Of a DNA stretch of 64,000 nt, positions 49,525-60,881 are shown piece by piece. The stretch's first letter is position 1. Each line of letters starts with the position of its first letter. Below the pieces are notes generated by a model. That model saw nothing but the letters and a program-made list of their open reading frames with translations. It ran no database searches and was not told where the DNA came from. The stretch comes from a virus (Duplodnaviria; Heunggongvirae; Uroviricota; Caudoviricetes): the IMG/VR virus record IMGVR_UViG_3300031992_004563, positions 137,798 through 201,797 of that record; one strand, written 5' to 3'. The position numbers and the translations under genes were made by a program.

Positions 49525-49869
49525 ATATAATTTAATTATTAGTTAATATTATTTTTTAATTACAATGCAAAATTAATACTTTTTATTCAAACTAAAAAAT
49601 AGAAGCTTTAATTATTTGAAGAATCTAAACCATGTTCAGCTTTATATGTTAACACTTTATTTAAAATTTCTGGAGTGAATTTATGAATTTCTATTAGTGA
49701 CATTTTTCTTTTCAATTCATTTCCTATTTTTAGATATTTGTCTATTGTTTCTATATTGTTATAGATTCCATATTTCATTGCATATTCTAATGATTCTACA
49801 CTGTTATTTAATATATTTTTATTATAAATTATAAATCAAAAAGAGGAACTAGTTTATTTAGTTCCTCTT

Positions 49870-50517
49870 TTAAATTATGCATTCAACATCATCATTCAAT
49901 AATATATTTCCATTGCTGTCTTTTATTTGTTTTAATACTATAGTTTCTCCAGATTTTAATGTTAATTCAGTTTCATCTGGGTCTATAAGATTAGAAATAA
50001 TTGTTTCTGCCCAGTCAACATTATCTGGATGAACAACTCCATACAAAATTATATTTTCTCTATTTTGCGAATCTATTGCATTTGCATTTCCTTCTTCAAA
50101 TGCCCAATATTTTCCAAGCGAATTATGAATAATTGTTTCAACTATTTCAGAATTATTTTTACCATTATAGTTCTTAATATACAATCCTCGCTCACAGTAT
50201 ATAAATCCATCACCATCTAGTTTAAAACTTGTTATGCCTTCTGGAATTTCATCTATAAAAACATTTTTACAATATTCTTCAAAATCTTTATTGTATTCTA
50301 CATCACCATAATCAATATCATTTTCTTCAGCATATTGTTCTTCAACCCATGATCCTTCTAAAATATTAAATTTTGGGCAATGAAATAATTCAGCTTTATC
50401 TATATAATCATATAAATCATGTGGAGATGATATATTTTCATTCAAAGCCTTCTTAACCTATTTTGCAATAGCTCTCATTATAGATTCATATAAAGCTTTA
50501 TTATTAGTTTTTTTCAT
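49870..50517 (-). CDS. Leader-family-2 acidic protein (215 aa, one TAG)
   Basis: MKKTNNKALYESIMRAIAK*VKKALNENISS... Confidence 0.8.
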
Positions 50518-50536
50518 GTTTATATAAAATATGTTT

Positions 50537-50923
50537 TTATAATATACGATATCCTCCTATACTTTTTTTATCATAAGGATAAGAACTTGTATATGGCTCA
50601 GGACCATAGTCTTTAGTCCAATCACCAGTTTTATGACTATTAGGTATTTGAGGTTTCCAGTCATCAACGGTGTATCCGCCACCACCACTACTATGCCTCC
50701 AATTTGCTTTTGAATACCCACTAACAGCTGGTGGCATATTTTGTTCTCGCATATGATGAGCAAAATTAAACATATTTTCGGTATTACAATACTCAACATT
50801 CCAGTTAGAAATATCTTCACTAAAATCAGATGCAGCAAACATTTCACTCATATCATTTACATTATAAATATCCCAATTATGAATCGTCCTATTAAATTTT
50901 GACATATAAAACATTTTCCGCAT
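50537..50923 (-). CDS. Leaderless DUF285-repeat fragment with low-complexity tail
   Basis: MRKMFYMSKFNRTIHNWDIYNVNDMSEMF..F.EDISNWNV. Confidence 0.55.
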   Translation of the reverse strand: MRKMFYMSKFNRTIHNWDIYNVNDMSEMFAASDFSEDISNWNVEYCNTENMFNFAHHMREQNMPPAVSGYSKANWRHSSGGGGYTVDDWKPQIPNSHKTGDWTKDYGPEPYTSSYPYDKKSIGGYRIL

Positions 50924-50927
50924 ATTT

Positions 50928-51944
50928 TTACATAATATCTGGATCTCGTTCTGGGCGTACACGATTATAAGATCCACCACCACGTGGCCATTGCCATGAA
51001 GATGGTATTGATGGTTTTGGATAACCACTTTTACTATAATTTATTTCTTCATTTTCAATAGTCAAATGATCTACATATACGTTATGTCCATAAACCTTGC
51101 CACGTCTATTAACTGTACAGCTTTTTACTTCAGCACCAACAACTTCAGCATCATTACGCAAATATGATTTTCCATATACTTTCGCAGACTAACAAACAAC
51201 TGATTCATCTGTCATTACAGAATCATCAAATAATTCAGAATTACCTGTAATTTTTGATTTTCCGCTCATATGTGCATTTCCATATACTTTAGCATTATCT
51301 TCTACACGAGCATAATCCTCTAGAACAGCATTTCCAAATACGTGTGCATTTCCAGCTACTATTGAATTACCATAGAGTCGAGCATTTTCATCAACAATGG
51401 CGTGATCAATGATTTTTGCATCATCATATACCCATGCATTTCCTGATAGATTTTTTTCACTTTCAACAAAACCACCTTTATCGCCCTTTTTAACTCCTAA
51501 TTCCGGCATATCGGCCGTTGCTTCAATTCGATATAATATATTTGTTACATCATATGGCCTATAAACATCACATTTTAATCGTATAGTCTCATCTGTTAAT
51601 TTAAATTTAGGACCAAGTTTCTATATGCTTATATATTTTTTCATAAATGGCAAGTTTTTGGTAATAAATTTTACAATTCTTTTTTGTAATTTTTCGTCAT
51701 TCGTTGCATCACCGACAAATGTAAACCTTTTAGGATTATATCTATCAATATACATTAATGATTTTTCATAATCATCAAAAATAAAACCAACATGATACAA
51801 ACCTTTATAACTTGTCCAAAATTTAAATTCGCCATCAGAAAATCTATAATTTTCACCATAATTTTCATTTAATGCTTTTTTAACTTCTTTAGCAACAGAT
51901 GCCATTATACTTTCATATAAAGCTTTTTTATTATCTTTTTTCAT
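50928..51944 (-). CDS. Leader-family-2 protein with hexapeptide-repeat (left-handed beta-helix) domain (338 aa, two TAG)
   Basis: KALYESIMASVAKEVKKALNE; FKLTDETI..LYRIEA..GDKGGFVESEKNLSGNAWVYDDA; joins three ORF-track fragments. Confidence 0.85.
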
Positions 51945-52039
51945 AATATTATTAATTATTTTATTTACAATATATTTATTAAAAAGAGGAACTAATTCAT
52001 TTTAGTTCCTCTTTCATTTTATATTTTATTATTTGACAT

Positions 52040-52555
52040 TTATTTAACATCTAATAGGATAACTTCACCTTTTTCTCTAGTCTTTTTCAAATCAATCACT
52101 CTTTGATTAGAACTTCCTCTGAATGCCAAATCAGGATCTCTCAGAGCTAATATAAATGGTCCGTCAACCATAACATCACATTTATCTAAAATTTGTTTTT
52201 TAATTGGATGCAACATATCTGATTCATATGTTGCTCCTGAATAAACCCAAATATCTTTTTCAGGAAATATTTCTTTATATTTTGTAATAAATGCTAATAA
52301 TTCATTTAAAGATTCATCTGTTTGTGAGAATGGATCACCACCAGCTAATGTAATGCCTGATATATATTCTTTATCTACTTCTTTAAATATCTTACTAATA
52401 ACTCCTGGTTTAATAAGTGGAGTGCCTTGATTATAATCCCAAGTATGTTGATTATGACATCCTACGCATCTATGTGAACATCCTGCAAACCAAATTGTTA
52501 CTCTATTTCCCAAACCATTCTCAACATCTGGCGTTGTAATTGTTAAAACTCGCAT
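52040..52555 (-). CDS. nrdG: Anaerobic ribonucleotide reductase activating protein
   Basis: NGLGNRVTIWFAGCSHRCVGCHN radical-SAM motif; VDGPF; FRGSSNQR. Confidence 0.95.
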   Translation of the reverse strand: MRVLTITTPDVENGLGNRVTIWFAGCSHRCVGCHNQHTWDYNQGTPLIKPGVISKIFKEVDKEYISGITLAGGDPFSQTDESLNELLAFITKYKEIFPEKDIWVYSGATYESDMLHPIKKQILDKCDVMVDGPFILALRDPDLAFRGSSNQRVIDLKKTREKGEVILLDVK

Positions 52556-52614
52556 ACGCAATTAAATTGTAAAATTTTATTGTTTCGGTTTCTCTCTAAA
52601 TATTTATTATACCA

Positions 52615-54219
52615 TTAATTATCAAAGTAGTTTTTTGATAAATCAATAGTCTTTTTGTGAATAACACGTTGGTCTGTTTCTGATACTTTGCCATCATTAA
52701 ATGCACCAGCAATGATAACTTTACCATTTTCATCATAGGTTGGTTTATAATTTCCGGTTAAATATCCAGTTACACGTCTTAGACGACTTACTTTTGGACT
52801 ACCACATTTAGGACAAACACCAGGAATATAGCCTTGATAACCACAATCTTCACACATATCACCAGCGTTATTTAAATTAACTGCGAAATATGGAATATCA
52901 TGATCCATTGCATAATCTACAATTTCTTCTAATGCTTCAAGATTATGAATAACTGCACCATCAACTTCTACATAAGTGATGCAACCAGCATTAGAATAAC
53001 CTGTTAATTGTGATTCAATATCAATTTTTTCAAATGGTGTAAGATGCTTATATACTGGGACATGTACACTATTAGTGAAATAATCACGTTCTTGTCTAAT
53101 ACCATTCTCATCAATATAATATGTGACATTTTCCATATCACCATATTTGTCTTTCCATTTCTTAAATGCTGTATGACATAAAGATTCAGCAGGTGTATAA
53201 TATACACCAAAATTCATTTTATATTCTTTCTTAAATTCAGCAGTCAAATCATTATACATTTGCTCAATTTCTTTAGCCACTTTCATTCCTCTTTCTTCGC
53301 ATTGATCACATCCAATTAAAATTTGTAATGCTTCTGCCAAACCAAGTTGTCCAATAACAATAGTTCCATGTTTCAATGCTGAGCGAATTCCTTCTTCTTC
53401 ATGATAACCCGCCATCGTGTGGTTTTCATACATAAATCTTGCAGATTTCGGAGATTGGCTTGCAATGTGTGCAAATCTTTCAAGCAATTCATCTTTACAC
53501 ATTCTAATGTGTTTTTCAAGAAGAACTTTAAATGCATCAACTAATCTTCTTTCATCATCAGATAATTCGGTTCTTTTAACAATAGAAGCAGTATTACATG
53601 GCATTGGGCCTGGATATTGTTCACGTAGTTTTTTATCATCTTCAACCATTTTATCTATAATAGCCAATTGCTCTTGAGTTAATTTACTACGTAATTCATT
53701 TCTTACATTTTCACGAGCTTCCATAGCGAGAGTTGGAAGAATCACAGTAATAGGGGCAATATTTCCGCGTCCGTCTTTTTGAATACCAGAAACCATATCA
53801 TCAGAAACATCATGAAGTCTATCATCAATTACTGCTTGTATATTGCGTTTGTACTCATCCATGAAATTGACGTCGTAACCATTAACTGTTCTACACGTTT
53901 TACCTAATGTTACCATTAGCACTGACTATATCTTCAACTTAAAGTTGTCTTCCGCTTCGAATTGGTGCTTATCTCCAATCCTACTCCCTTACATTCATCA
54001 GGGATAGTCGATACACCTTCTCTAATTGAGCTTGGCACGGCTTCATCCAATATTCTATATATAACAGTTTAAACTATATAGGGACCTGGCCGTTAGCTTG
54101 ATTTCTCAAACACCCATAAGCATGGTTCAAAAGATTTTACATGAGCTGCATTTTCACTTACCCATGGTTGAAAAGGCTTCAACCGGCCGTTCATTTCGTG
54201 TTACTTTAATTTTCTTCAT
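52615..54219 (-). CDS. nrdD: Class III RNR, C-terminal half (exons 54219-54160 and 53895-52615)
   Basis: MKKIKVTRNERPVEAFSTMG|CRTVNG; GRGNI; YTPAESLC; YFTNS.HVPV; CEDC..CPKC; RRVTGYL glycyl-radical motif. Confidence 0.9.
53896..54159 (-). ncRNA. Group I self-splicing intron (264 nt, no ORF)
   Basis: Exon ends in U (GGT), intron ends in G; removal restores MGCRT; P7 pair TCGACTATCCC / AAGATATAGTC. Confidence 0.9.
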
Positions 54220-54240
54220 ATTTTTATTTAATTTTTATTT

Positions 54241-55194
54241 TTATTTTTTAGAATTAAAATCAAAAATAATATGATTATATATTGCATCATATAGTTTTTT
54301 AACATATTGATCTTTGTTGTCTTCAAGAATGTTTAACATATTTTGTGCAATATTTTTTGCATATTCGTCATCTAATTTATAAAAATTAATAACATCATTA
54401 ATATCAATATTATTTGATTTTTCTTCATTATATATGTAATAAAATATTATTAATGATTGATATTGTTGAAAAGTAAAATCTTTTTCTAAATAATTTAAAA
54501 TATTATTGATATTATTTAAATTATTAATACTATATGTTTCTTTAATTAAATCTGTGATTATCATATAACGATCTTCATTTGCATTAACAATTTTATAATA
54601 TTTTTTCTTATTAATTTTTTTAAGTCTTTGTAATTGATAAATTGTTTCTGCTAAAAATGCACACTATTCAGATGCTAAAAAATAATATTTGTATTGCTTA
54701 ATAGTATTTAATAGTTTAATATTAATAATTTTATCATCTAAAGTTGATGTAAGATGATCTTTACTAATTAAATTTTTATTTATAATATACATATCAAGCG
54801 CATGTTCTAATTCATGACGTATACCAATATCTTTTTTAGCTATAGCAGCATTTTTAATTATAAAGATTTTATCATTATCTGAAATATTTTCTTCATCTCT
54901 ATCAATAATGATATAATGTCTATCATCATGTATATCATATATTTTTTTGATATATATTGGATGACATATTTCTTTTTCGGATTTAAAACATTTATAATTA
55001 ATATTATCAAAACACCACCCAGAATAAACAAAATTTTCAGTGAATTTCATATTAGATATATCTTTTACACAATTTGTAAAAATATAACTAACATGCTATT
55101 TTTCTAATAATGAATGCATATATAATTCTCCCATGCATAAATTATAAATATTTGAATCTAATCCACTTCTATCAGTTTTAATAGGTGTAAACAT
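54241..55194 (-). CDS. HExxH zincin-like protein inserted between the nrdD halves (317 aa, two TAG)
   Basis: IGIRHELEHALD, downstream YYFLASE*CAFLAE; joins two ORF-track fragments. Confidence 0.7.
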
Positions 55195-55222
55195 ATAATA
55201 TTATTTAATTTTTAATTTTAAT

Positions 55223-56581
55223 TTAATTTTCTTCAACAACCTCCAAATCTAATAATTCCTTAAGTTCTGGATGTTTCTCTAATTGTTCAATTAATGCATT
55301 ATAATTATCTTCACTTAAAGAGTCAATATATTCTTGTTTATTCTTCCTGTCAAGATCTACCCACTTTTCATGATTGCTCCAATTAGTTAAACAATAATTT
55401 GGATATAAACGCTTGCTAGTTGATTTGAGTGCTAATTGTTTAAGATCATAATTTGGTGTTCCTGGTTTGTCATTAACTCCACGTTTAATTTGGAATATTT
55501 GACATGGGAATATTGATGTTCTGCCAAATTTACCAAGTCCTTCAATAGATACTTCAAGAATTGCTTTAGTATATAAACGGCCTTCTGGTAATGTGCATGT
55601 ACCATAGTTTAATGAAGTAAAAGGAAGCTGGTTGCCAGAACGGCTTTGAAGAGTGTTTAAATTATGGAAGAGTCCTTCAACTGCCTGATGAGCTTCTTTC
55701 TTTGTCATATCCATTGCATATCGATATGCTTTTGGAAAATCTTTATACCAACTATCTTCAATTGAAATATTTTCAATTTTGTTTCCTGATGGATTTTTAT
55801 AAACTTCAACTTGATCTGGTTGTTCTTCACAATAAACTAATCCATCTCTAAAGTGTTTATTGAAACTCTTTCTTACATATGGAACCATTGTCCAATCAAT
55901 ATGAGTTGCTGCAACACCACCAAATTGTTGTAATGATTGAATTTGGAAAATAACTGCTACTAATTGAGATGCAGTATTAATAGAATTTGCTCCACGAACA
56001 TCAGTTTGTCTTGTATTAAATCCATTCTTTAATAATTTATCAAATGGAATTGATAAACAGTTATGCATACCAACTTCATAACTATCCAAATCGTGGATAT
56101 AATCTTTATTGTCAATATGATTATCTCTATGTTGTTTTGACATATGTTTTAATGCCATATTTTTTGTTACAACACGAGATGCTTCTCCAATACGTCCACC
56201 AAATGATGCCTCATCTAAGTTTGCATTTTGGTTTTCTACATTCTTGGCATTTAATTTCTTTGTAATTTCTTTCGTTAGCCAATTTTTTTCATCTCTAATT
56301 TCTTCTCTTCTTTTTCTATATAAAATAAAGGCTTCAGCTGCTTTTATTTTGTTTTTCTTAATGAGGAAATCTCTAATTACGTCTTGAATATCTTCAATTG
56401 GCATTACATAATTTTCATCATGCTTTTCAATAAACCTATCAAAATATTCTTTTACTTGGTCAATAAATTTCTCAGGAACTTCCTCATTAACCTACTTATC
56501 ACTGAAAACCTTTTCAATAACCTTAATGATTTTATCAAATCTAAAATCTTGAATAGTTCCGTCTCGCTTCTCTACTTTCAT
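55223..56581 (-). CDS. nrdD: Class III RNR, N-terminal half with ATP cone (452 aa, one TAG)
   Basis: MKVEKRDG cone; NQNANLDE; YIHDLD..HNC; QFGG; HNLNTLQSRSGNQLPFTSLNYG; RLYPNY; ends TAA. Confidence 0.93.
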
Positions 56582-56656
56582 AAATTTTTATATATTTTTT
56601 ATTTTTTATTGTTTAATATATGTTTATTTTTAATATAAACATAAAATGAGTTTTAA

Positions 56657-57886
56657 TTATTTGCTATTATTAATATATAAATTTATCTAATTTATAACAT
56701 CATTAATGTCTTTAAATTTAAATATTTCTAAATAATTTAATTTATTATTTTTTGCAATTTCTCGTTTTTTAACATCTCTTTCTGTCCAAGTTTCTATAGT
56801 TGCATGATACATTGTTTTCTTATTAATTATTTTATATCTTGCATCTGCTTTTTCTTTTAATTTTAATAATTCTAATTTATCTTCTTCAGTATTTAAAAAT
56901 GGCCTAGAATTATGAAACATTGATCCTTGATATTCTATATATAACTATTTGCATGGAACAAAAAAATCACATTCAAATGGATATTCAATTGATTTATAAT
57001 GATGTATAACATCAGGATATAATTGTTTTAAATATTCATATAATAATTCTTCTTGTTTACTAGTGTTAAATGTCATATGTTTTTTATAAGTTTGCCATTT
57101 TTTCTATTTAAAATCTTCAACCTAAAAAACACAATTAACACCATACCGTTCTTGACAAGTTTTTATATGTTTCTATTTAATTAAATCTGATTGAGCTGCA
57201 TGATTAACACCATATTTTTCCTATGTTGTTTTAACTATTTTTTCTTTGACACTTTTAGATTGCCATACATAATCAACCCCATATTTTTCTTGACAGGTGT
57301 CTTTATATTTTTGCTTAGTTTCTGCAGATTTATGTGTTATTGATATTTTTTGTTTAATTTCATTATTTTGACTTATTATATTAACACCATATTTTTCTTG
57401 ACAGGTTTTTATTGATTTTTGTCTAATATAATCAGTCTATAAACCATAATCTGCACCATATCGCTATCTATTTGTTTCAATAACTTTCTATCTAATTTCT
57501 TTTGACTAACTTACATTATCTACACCATATTTTTTACGACATGTTTCTGCAGCCTTTTGCCTAGTATTTTTATTAGATGCACTACATTTATTAGAACAAT
57601 ATGTTGTATATAATTTAGATGGTTTTCCAATCCAAATAACAGGTTTTCCACAAGTTGGACATTTTGGTTTTTCTTCAATTCCCAACTTAATTCTCTATAT
57701 AGTCTCAGTTCTTGATGTACTGTCAGAAAATCTAGTATCTATATAATTTAAAATAATCGAATTATCAATGATACTTAAAAATTTATTAATCTTATTACTA
57801 GAAAATAAATTTTTAATAACAGTATCATTGACTTCGATTATTTGTGCCTATTTTTCTTTAAAAATATTTTCTTTATTTAATTTCAT
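56657..57886 (-). CDS. Free-standing endonuclease: Zn finger + T..EKYGV repeats + Vsr/DUF559-like nuclease (409 aa, many TAG)
   Basis: PKCPTCGK..YCSNKC; repeated KYGV; YPFECDFFVP..LYIEYQGSMFH. Confidence 0.75.
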
Positions 57887-57898
57887 ATTAATTTAAAA

Positions 57899-58390
57899 TT
57901 AAAATAAGCGAATTGATGAGCCTTCATTAACTTGTTTTTTAACTCCTTCATTTTTGTAATAATCTTCTAATAATTCTTGCTTCATTTTGGGAGTTAAAAC
58001 TTTACGATAAACGAAATCGTAATTTAGATCAAAAAACTCATTGATCGCAATAACTAATTCAATTGGATTTAACCTCTTAACCTTTAATAGCTCATCCTTA
58101 ACGTAATTAAAAACGTCTGCTATAGAATCTTTAGGAATTTTAATAACTTGTGTTCCTTCAATTGTGAATCTTCCATCACTTAATGAAGAATCCATAAAGA
58201 TTTTATAAATGATTTCTGCTGTGTCCTTACGATCAGTTAATAATTCTGGATCATCTGTAGTAGCATAATCATACTAAGACGCTACGTCTTGGTGCACCGA
58301 CATTGGTGCATTATTATCAAAGTTTAAATCGTAATTTTTCCCATCAAAGTAAGAATTATGGAGTGTCTTCGCAGTGTTTATACGAGCCAT
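57899..58390 (-). CDS. Hypothetical protein next to the helicase (163 aa, one TAG)
   Basis: MARINTAKTLHNSYFDG...ends SSIRLF. Confidence 0.75.
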
Positions 58391-58551
58391 AAATTCTTGA
58401 TGTTAATTTTTATAAATGTATTTACAATTTAAAATTTATTTAATATTTTATTAAATAAAAACCAGATAGTTTTTATTACTATATATGTAGTATATTTATC
58501 ACATATTTACGCAAAAATACCAGTCACTCATCTAAGTAACTGGTATATACA

Positions 58552-60039
58552 TTATCCAAACAATTCTTCAAGTGGACGGCTTACATTTTCCAATGATGGC
58601 GGAGCAATTTCGGCCGGATTTGCATTTTGAATTTGTTGGTTTTTTCGCTTTTTATTTAATTTATCAACTTCACTTGCTGTTGCAGAACGGTAAATATTTG
58701 GCACATCTACTGTATCAGGAATAATATCCTCTGATGGATCTTCTGTTAATCTTAAATGATATGGGTCAAAATTAAATTTCTTTTTATCACCATTATGCGG
58801 TGAATCACGTAATGCAATAGCCTGTAAATAATAAACATTTGATGCTCTCATTAATGCTGTTTGAATAATACCAAATAATGCGTCAACTGTTGCAATCAAA
58901 CCTTTAGATTCTGATACATCACTCATCGTTAAGTTTGTTGATTCATATCCATTGCCATTTACTTGAGTAACAGAAATAACAGCCCATTGATTTCTTTGGC
59001 CCATTGCTCTTACATCCTCACAAATATTTTTAATCTTTTGATATGAATTGTCTCCTGAATTTCCTCGTTGGTCTCTCATAATATTGATATAATCAATGAA
59101 GACATTTTTAAATTTAAATTCATATCCAAATTGTTTTGATAATTCAGCTTCCTTTTTAAGAATAAAGTTTTCAATATCTGATGCTGTTGCACTTGATGTT
59201 GGAAATTCTTCAATATAGAATTTTCCTGCAGGCATTATCAAACCATTATGAAAAGCTTGAGCAGCTTGTTTCATTTTATTCTTATCTTTAAGAATTGTTT
59301 GATAATCGTCAATATTGATATTAAATAAGTTTGCACCAATACGATTAGAAACTTTTTGATAACTCATTTCCAATGTAATGTAAATTGTGTCGTATCCTTG
59401 ACGAACAGAATTAGCTGCCAAATTACAAAGCCATTGAGATTTACCAACTTTAGGTGCACCCATTATAACATAAAGTCCCTTCTTAGTAAATCCGCCTTTA
59501 AGACACAAATCTATGAACTTATATCCTGATGTATGCGTATCTTCAGCCTTAATTACGTGATTATCAAAATCAAAGAAATCATATCCTTCAGAAGTTGATA
59601 CACTAAATGTTGCACCATTATTAAATATATTTGATGCTCTATTAATGTATGTTTCGCAATCAGTATATGCTATATTAGTTGGAAGTTGTTTTACATACGC
59701 AATTGTATTTTCCAAACCTGTGTAAAAACTTCTAAATTTACCCCATGCAGAAATATTAGTTTTTAGCCAATCATCACTATATTTGGTCAATCCAGATTTG
59801 TTATTCCAAAGAGTTTTAATACTATCAAGTGAAACTTCTTCTTTACCAGATATTTTGATTAATTCATAAATTTGTTCAGGTGTAGGTTCTTCTTTATATT
59901 TGTTAACAAATTCTTGTGCATAATCAAATATAGAAACAATTGTTGGTTCTGAAAAAAATCTTTTATTAAAATTCTTAATTAATTGTGGGTCTTGTAAAAC
60001 ATAAAAAAACGCTAAAATCTCAAAATATAAATTATTCAT
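58552..60039 (-). CDS. DnaB/T4 gp41-like replicative helicase
   Basis: GAPKVGKS Walker A, YITLEMS, FIDYINIM, SVTQ, DVSES. Confidence 0.92.
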   Translation of the reverse strand: MNNLYFEILAFFYVLQDPQLIKNFNKRFFSEPTIVSIFDYAQEFVNKYKEEPTPEQIYELIKISGKEEVSLDSIKTLWNNKSGLTKYSDDWLKTNISAWGKFRSFYTGLENTIAYVKQLPTNIAYTDCETYINRASNIFNNGATFSVSTSEGYDFFDFDNHVIKAEDTHTSGYKFIDLCLKGGFTKKGLYVIMGAPKVGKSQWLCNLAANSVRQGYDTIYITLEMSYQKVSNRIGANLFNINIDDYQTILKDKNKMKQAAQAFHNGLIMPAGKFYIEEFPTSSATASDIENFILKKEAELSKQFGYEFKFKNVFIDYINIMRDQRGNSGDNSYQKIKNICEDVRAMGQRNQWAVISVTQVNGNGYESTNLTMSDVSESKGLIATVDALFGIIQTALMRASNVYYLQAIALRDSPHNGDKKKFNFDPYHLRLTEDPSEDIIPDTVDVPNIYRSATASEVDKLNKKRKNQQIQNANPAEIAPPSLENVSRPLEELFG

Positions 60040-60111
60040 CAAATTAAATCTTTAAATTTTATAATTATATGATTATGCGTCATATAGTTTTTATGATAAA
60101 TATATTGAATT

Positions 60112-60879
60112 ATGAAAAACTACAATAAAATATTAGAAGCTGTCAATAGAGGTATTTAGTTGGCACTAGATGATTTCGAAAATAATGAACCAATTGGTTC
60201 ATTATCTCAATAGAGTGATGTCATAGATAGTGAAGATGTCATTAAATAGAAGTACGATTTAATGAAAAAAGTTGTTGATTTAGGTCTTCCATCAGGAACT
60301 TTATGGTGCAAATATAATTTAGGTGAAACTGCCATAACACTGGGTGGATATTATGCATGGGGTGAAACAAAAACTAAAGAAATATATGATTGGGACACAT
60401 ATGAACATGGATATGGCCCATATTCTTTATATAAATATGTTGACAATTCTGATAATGCAGCCGATGAGAATGATAATAAAACTGATGATCATGCTGTATT
60501 ATTACCAGAAGATGATGCAGCTACACAAAATATACATTTATATGATTTTAAATTTCATATTCCAACTAAAGAATAGTTTGAAGAATTAATAAATTATACA
60601 GTTATTAAATATAAAGATAGTTATGAAGACCCAAAAACTATATCAAATGGTGTATGGCTTATTAGTAAAATAAATGGCAATAAAATATTTTTCCCATTTG
60701 GATAGTTGAAAGGAATAAAAGAACAATTCATGGGCGGTTATTATTGGTCATCTACATTAAAACCAGGATTTAATAACAATGCATATCATTTAACAATTGG
60801 ATCAAATTTTGCTAAAGTTGAACATAATGAAGAACGGTATATTGGCATGTTAATTCGCCCAGTATTAAATTTGAAATAA
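60112..60879 (+). CDS. Leader-family-1 CLec-like protein (255 aa, TAG=Q)
   Basis: MKNYNKILEAVNRGI*LALDD; VDLGLPSGTLW; YYWSST; IRPV. Confidence 0.85.
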
Positions 60880-60881
60880 GT

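Noticed and set aside
49610-49830. Short minus-strand frame (..MKYGIYNNIETIDKYL..)
   Set aside because: No convincing start or motif; possibly a gene remnant
50920-51028. Programmed frameshift fusing the hexapeptide protein to the DUF285 fragment
   Set aside because: The frames overlap but there is no clear slippery site or stimulator; an ATG at 50923 explains the downstream ORF
55223-55400. Split intein joining the nrdD halves (CLTNWS resembles an intein start)
   Set aside because: CLTNWS occupies the normal NrdD YPNY..xWS position, and the C-half has no His-Asn/Cys junction
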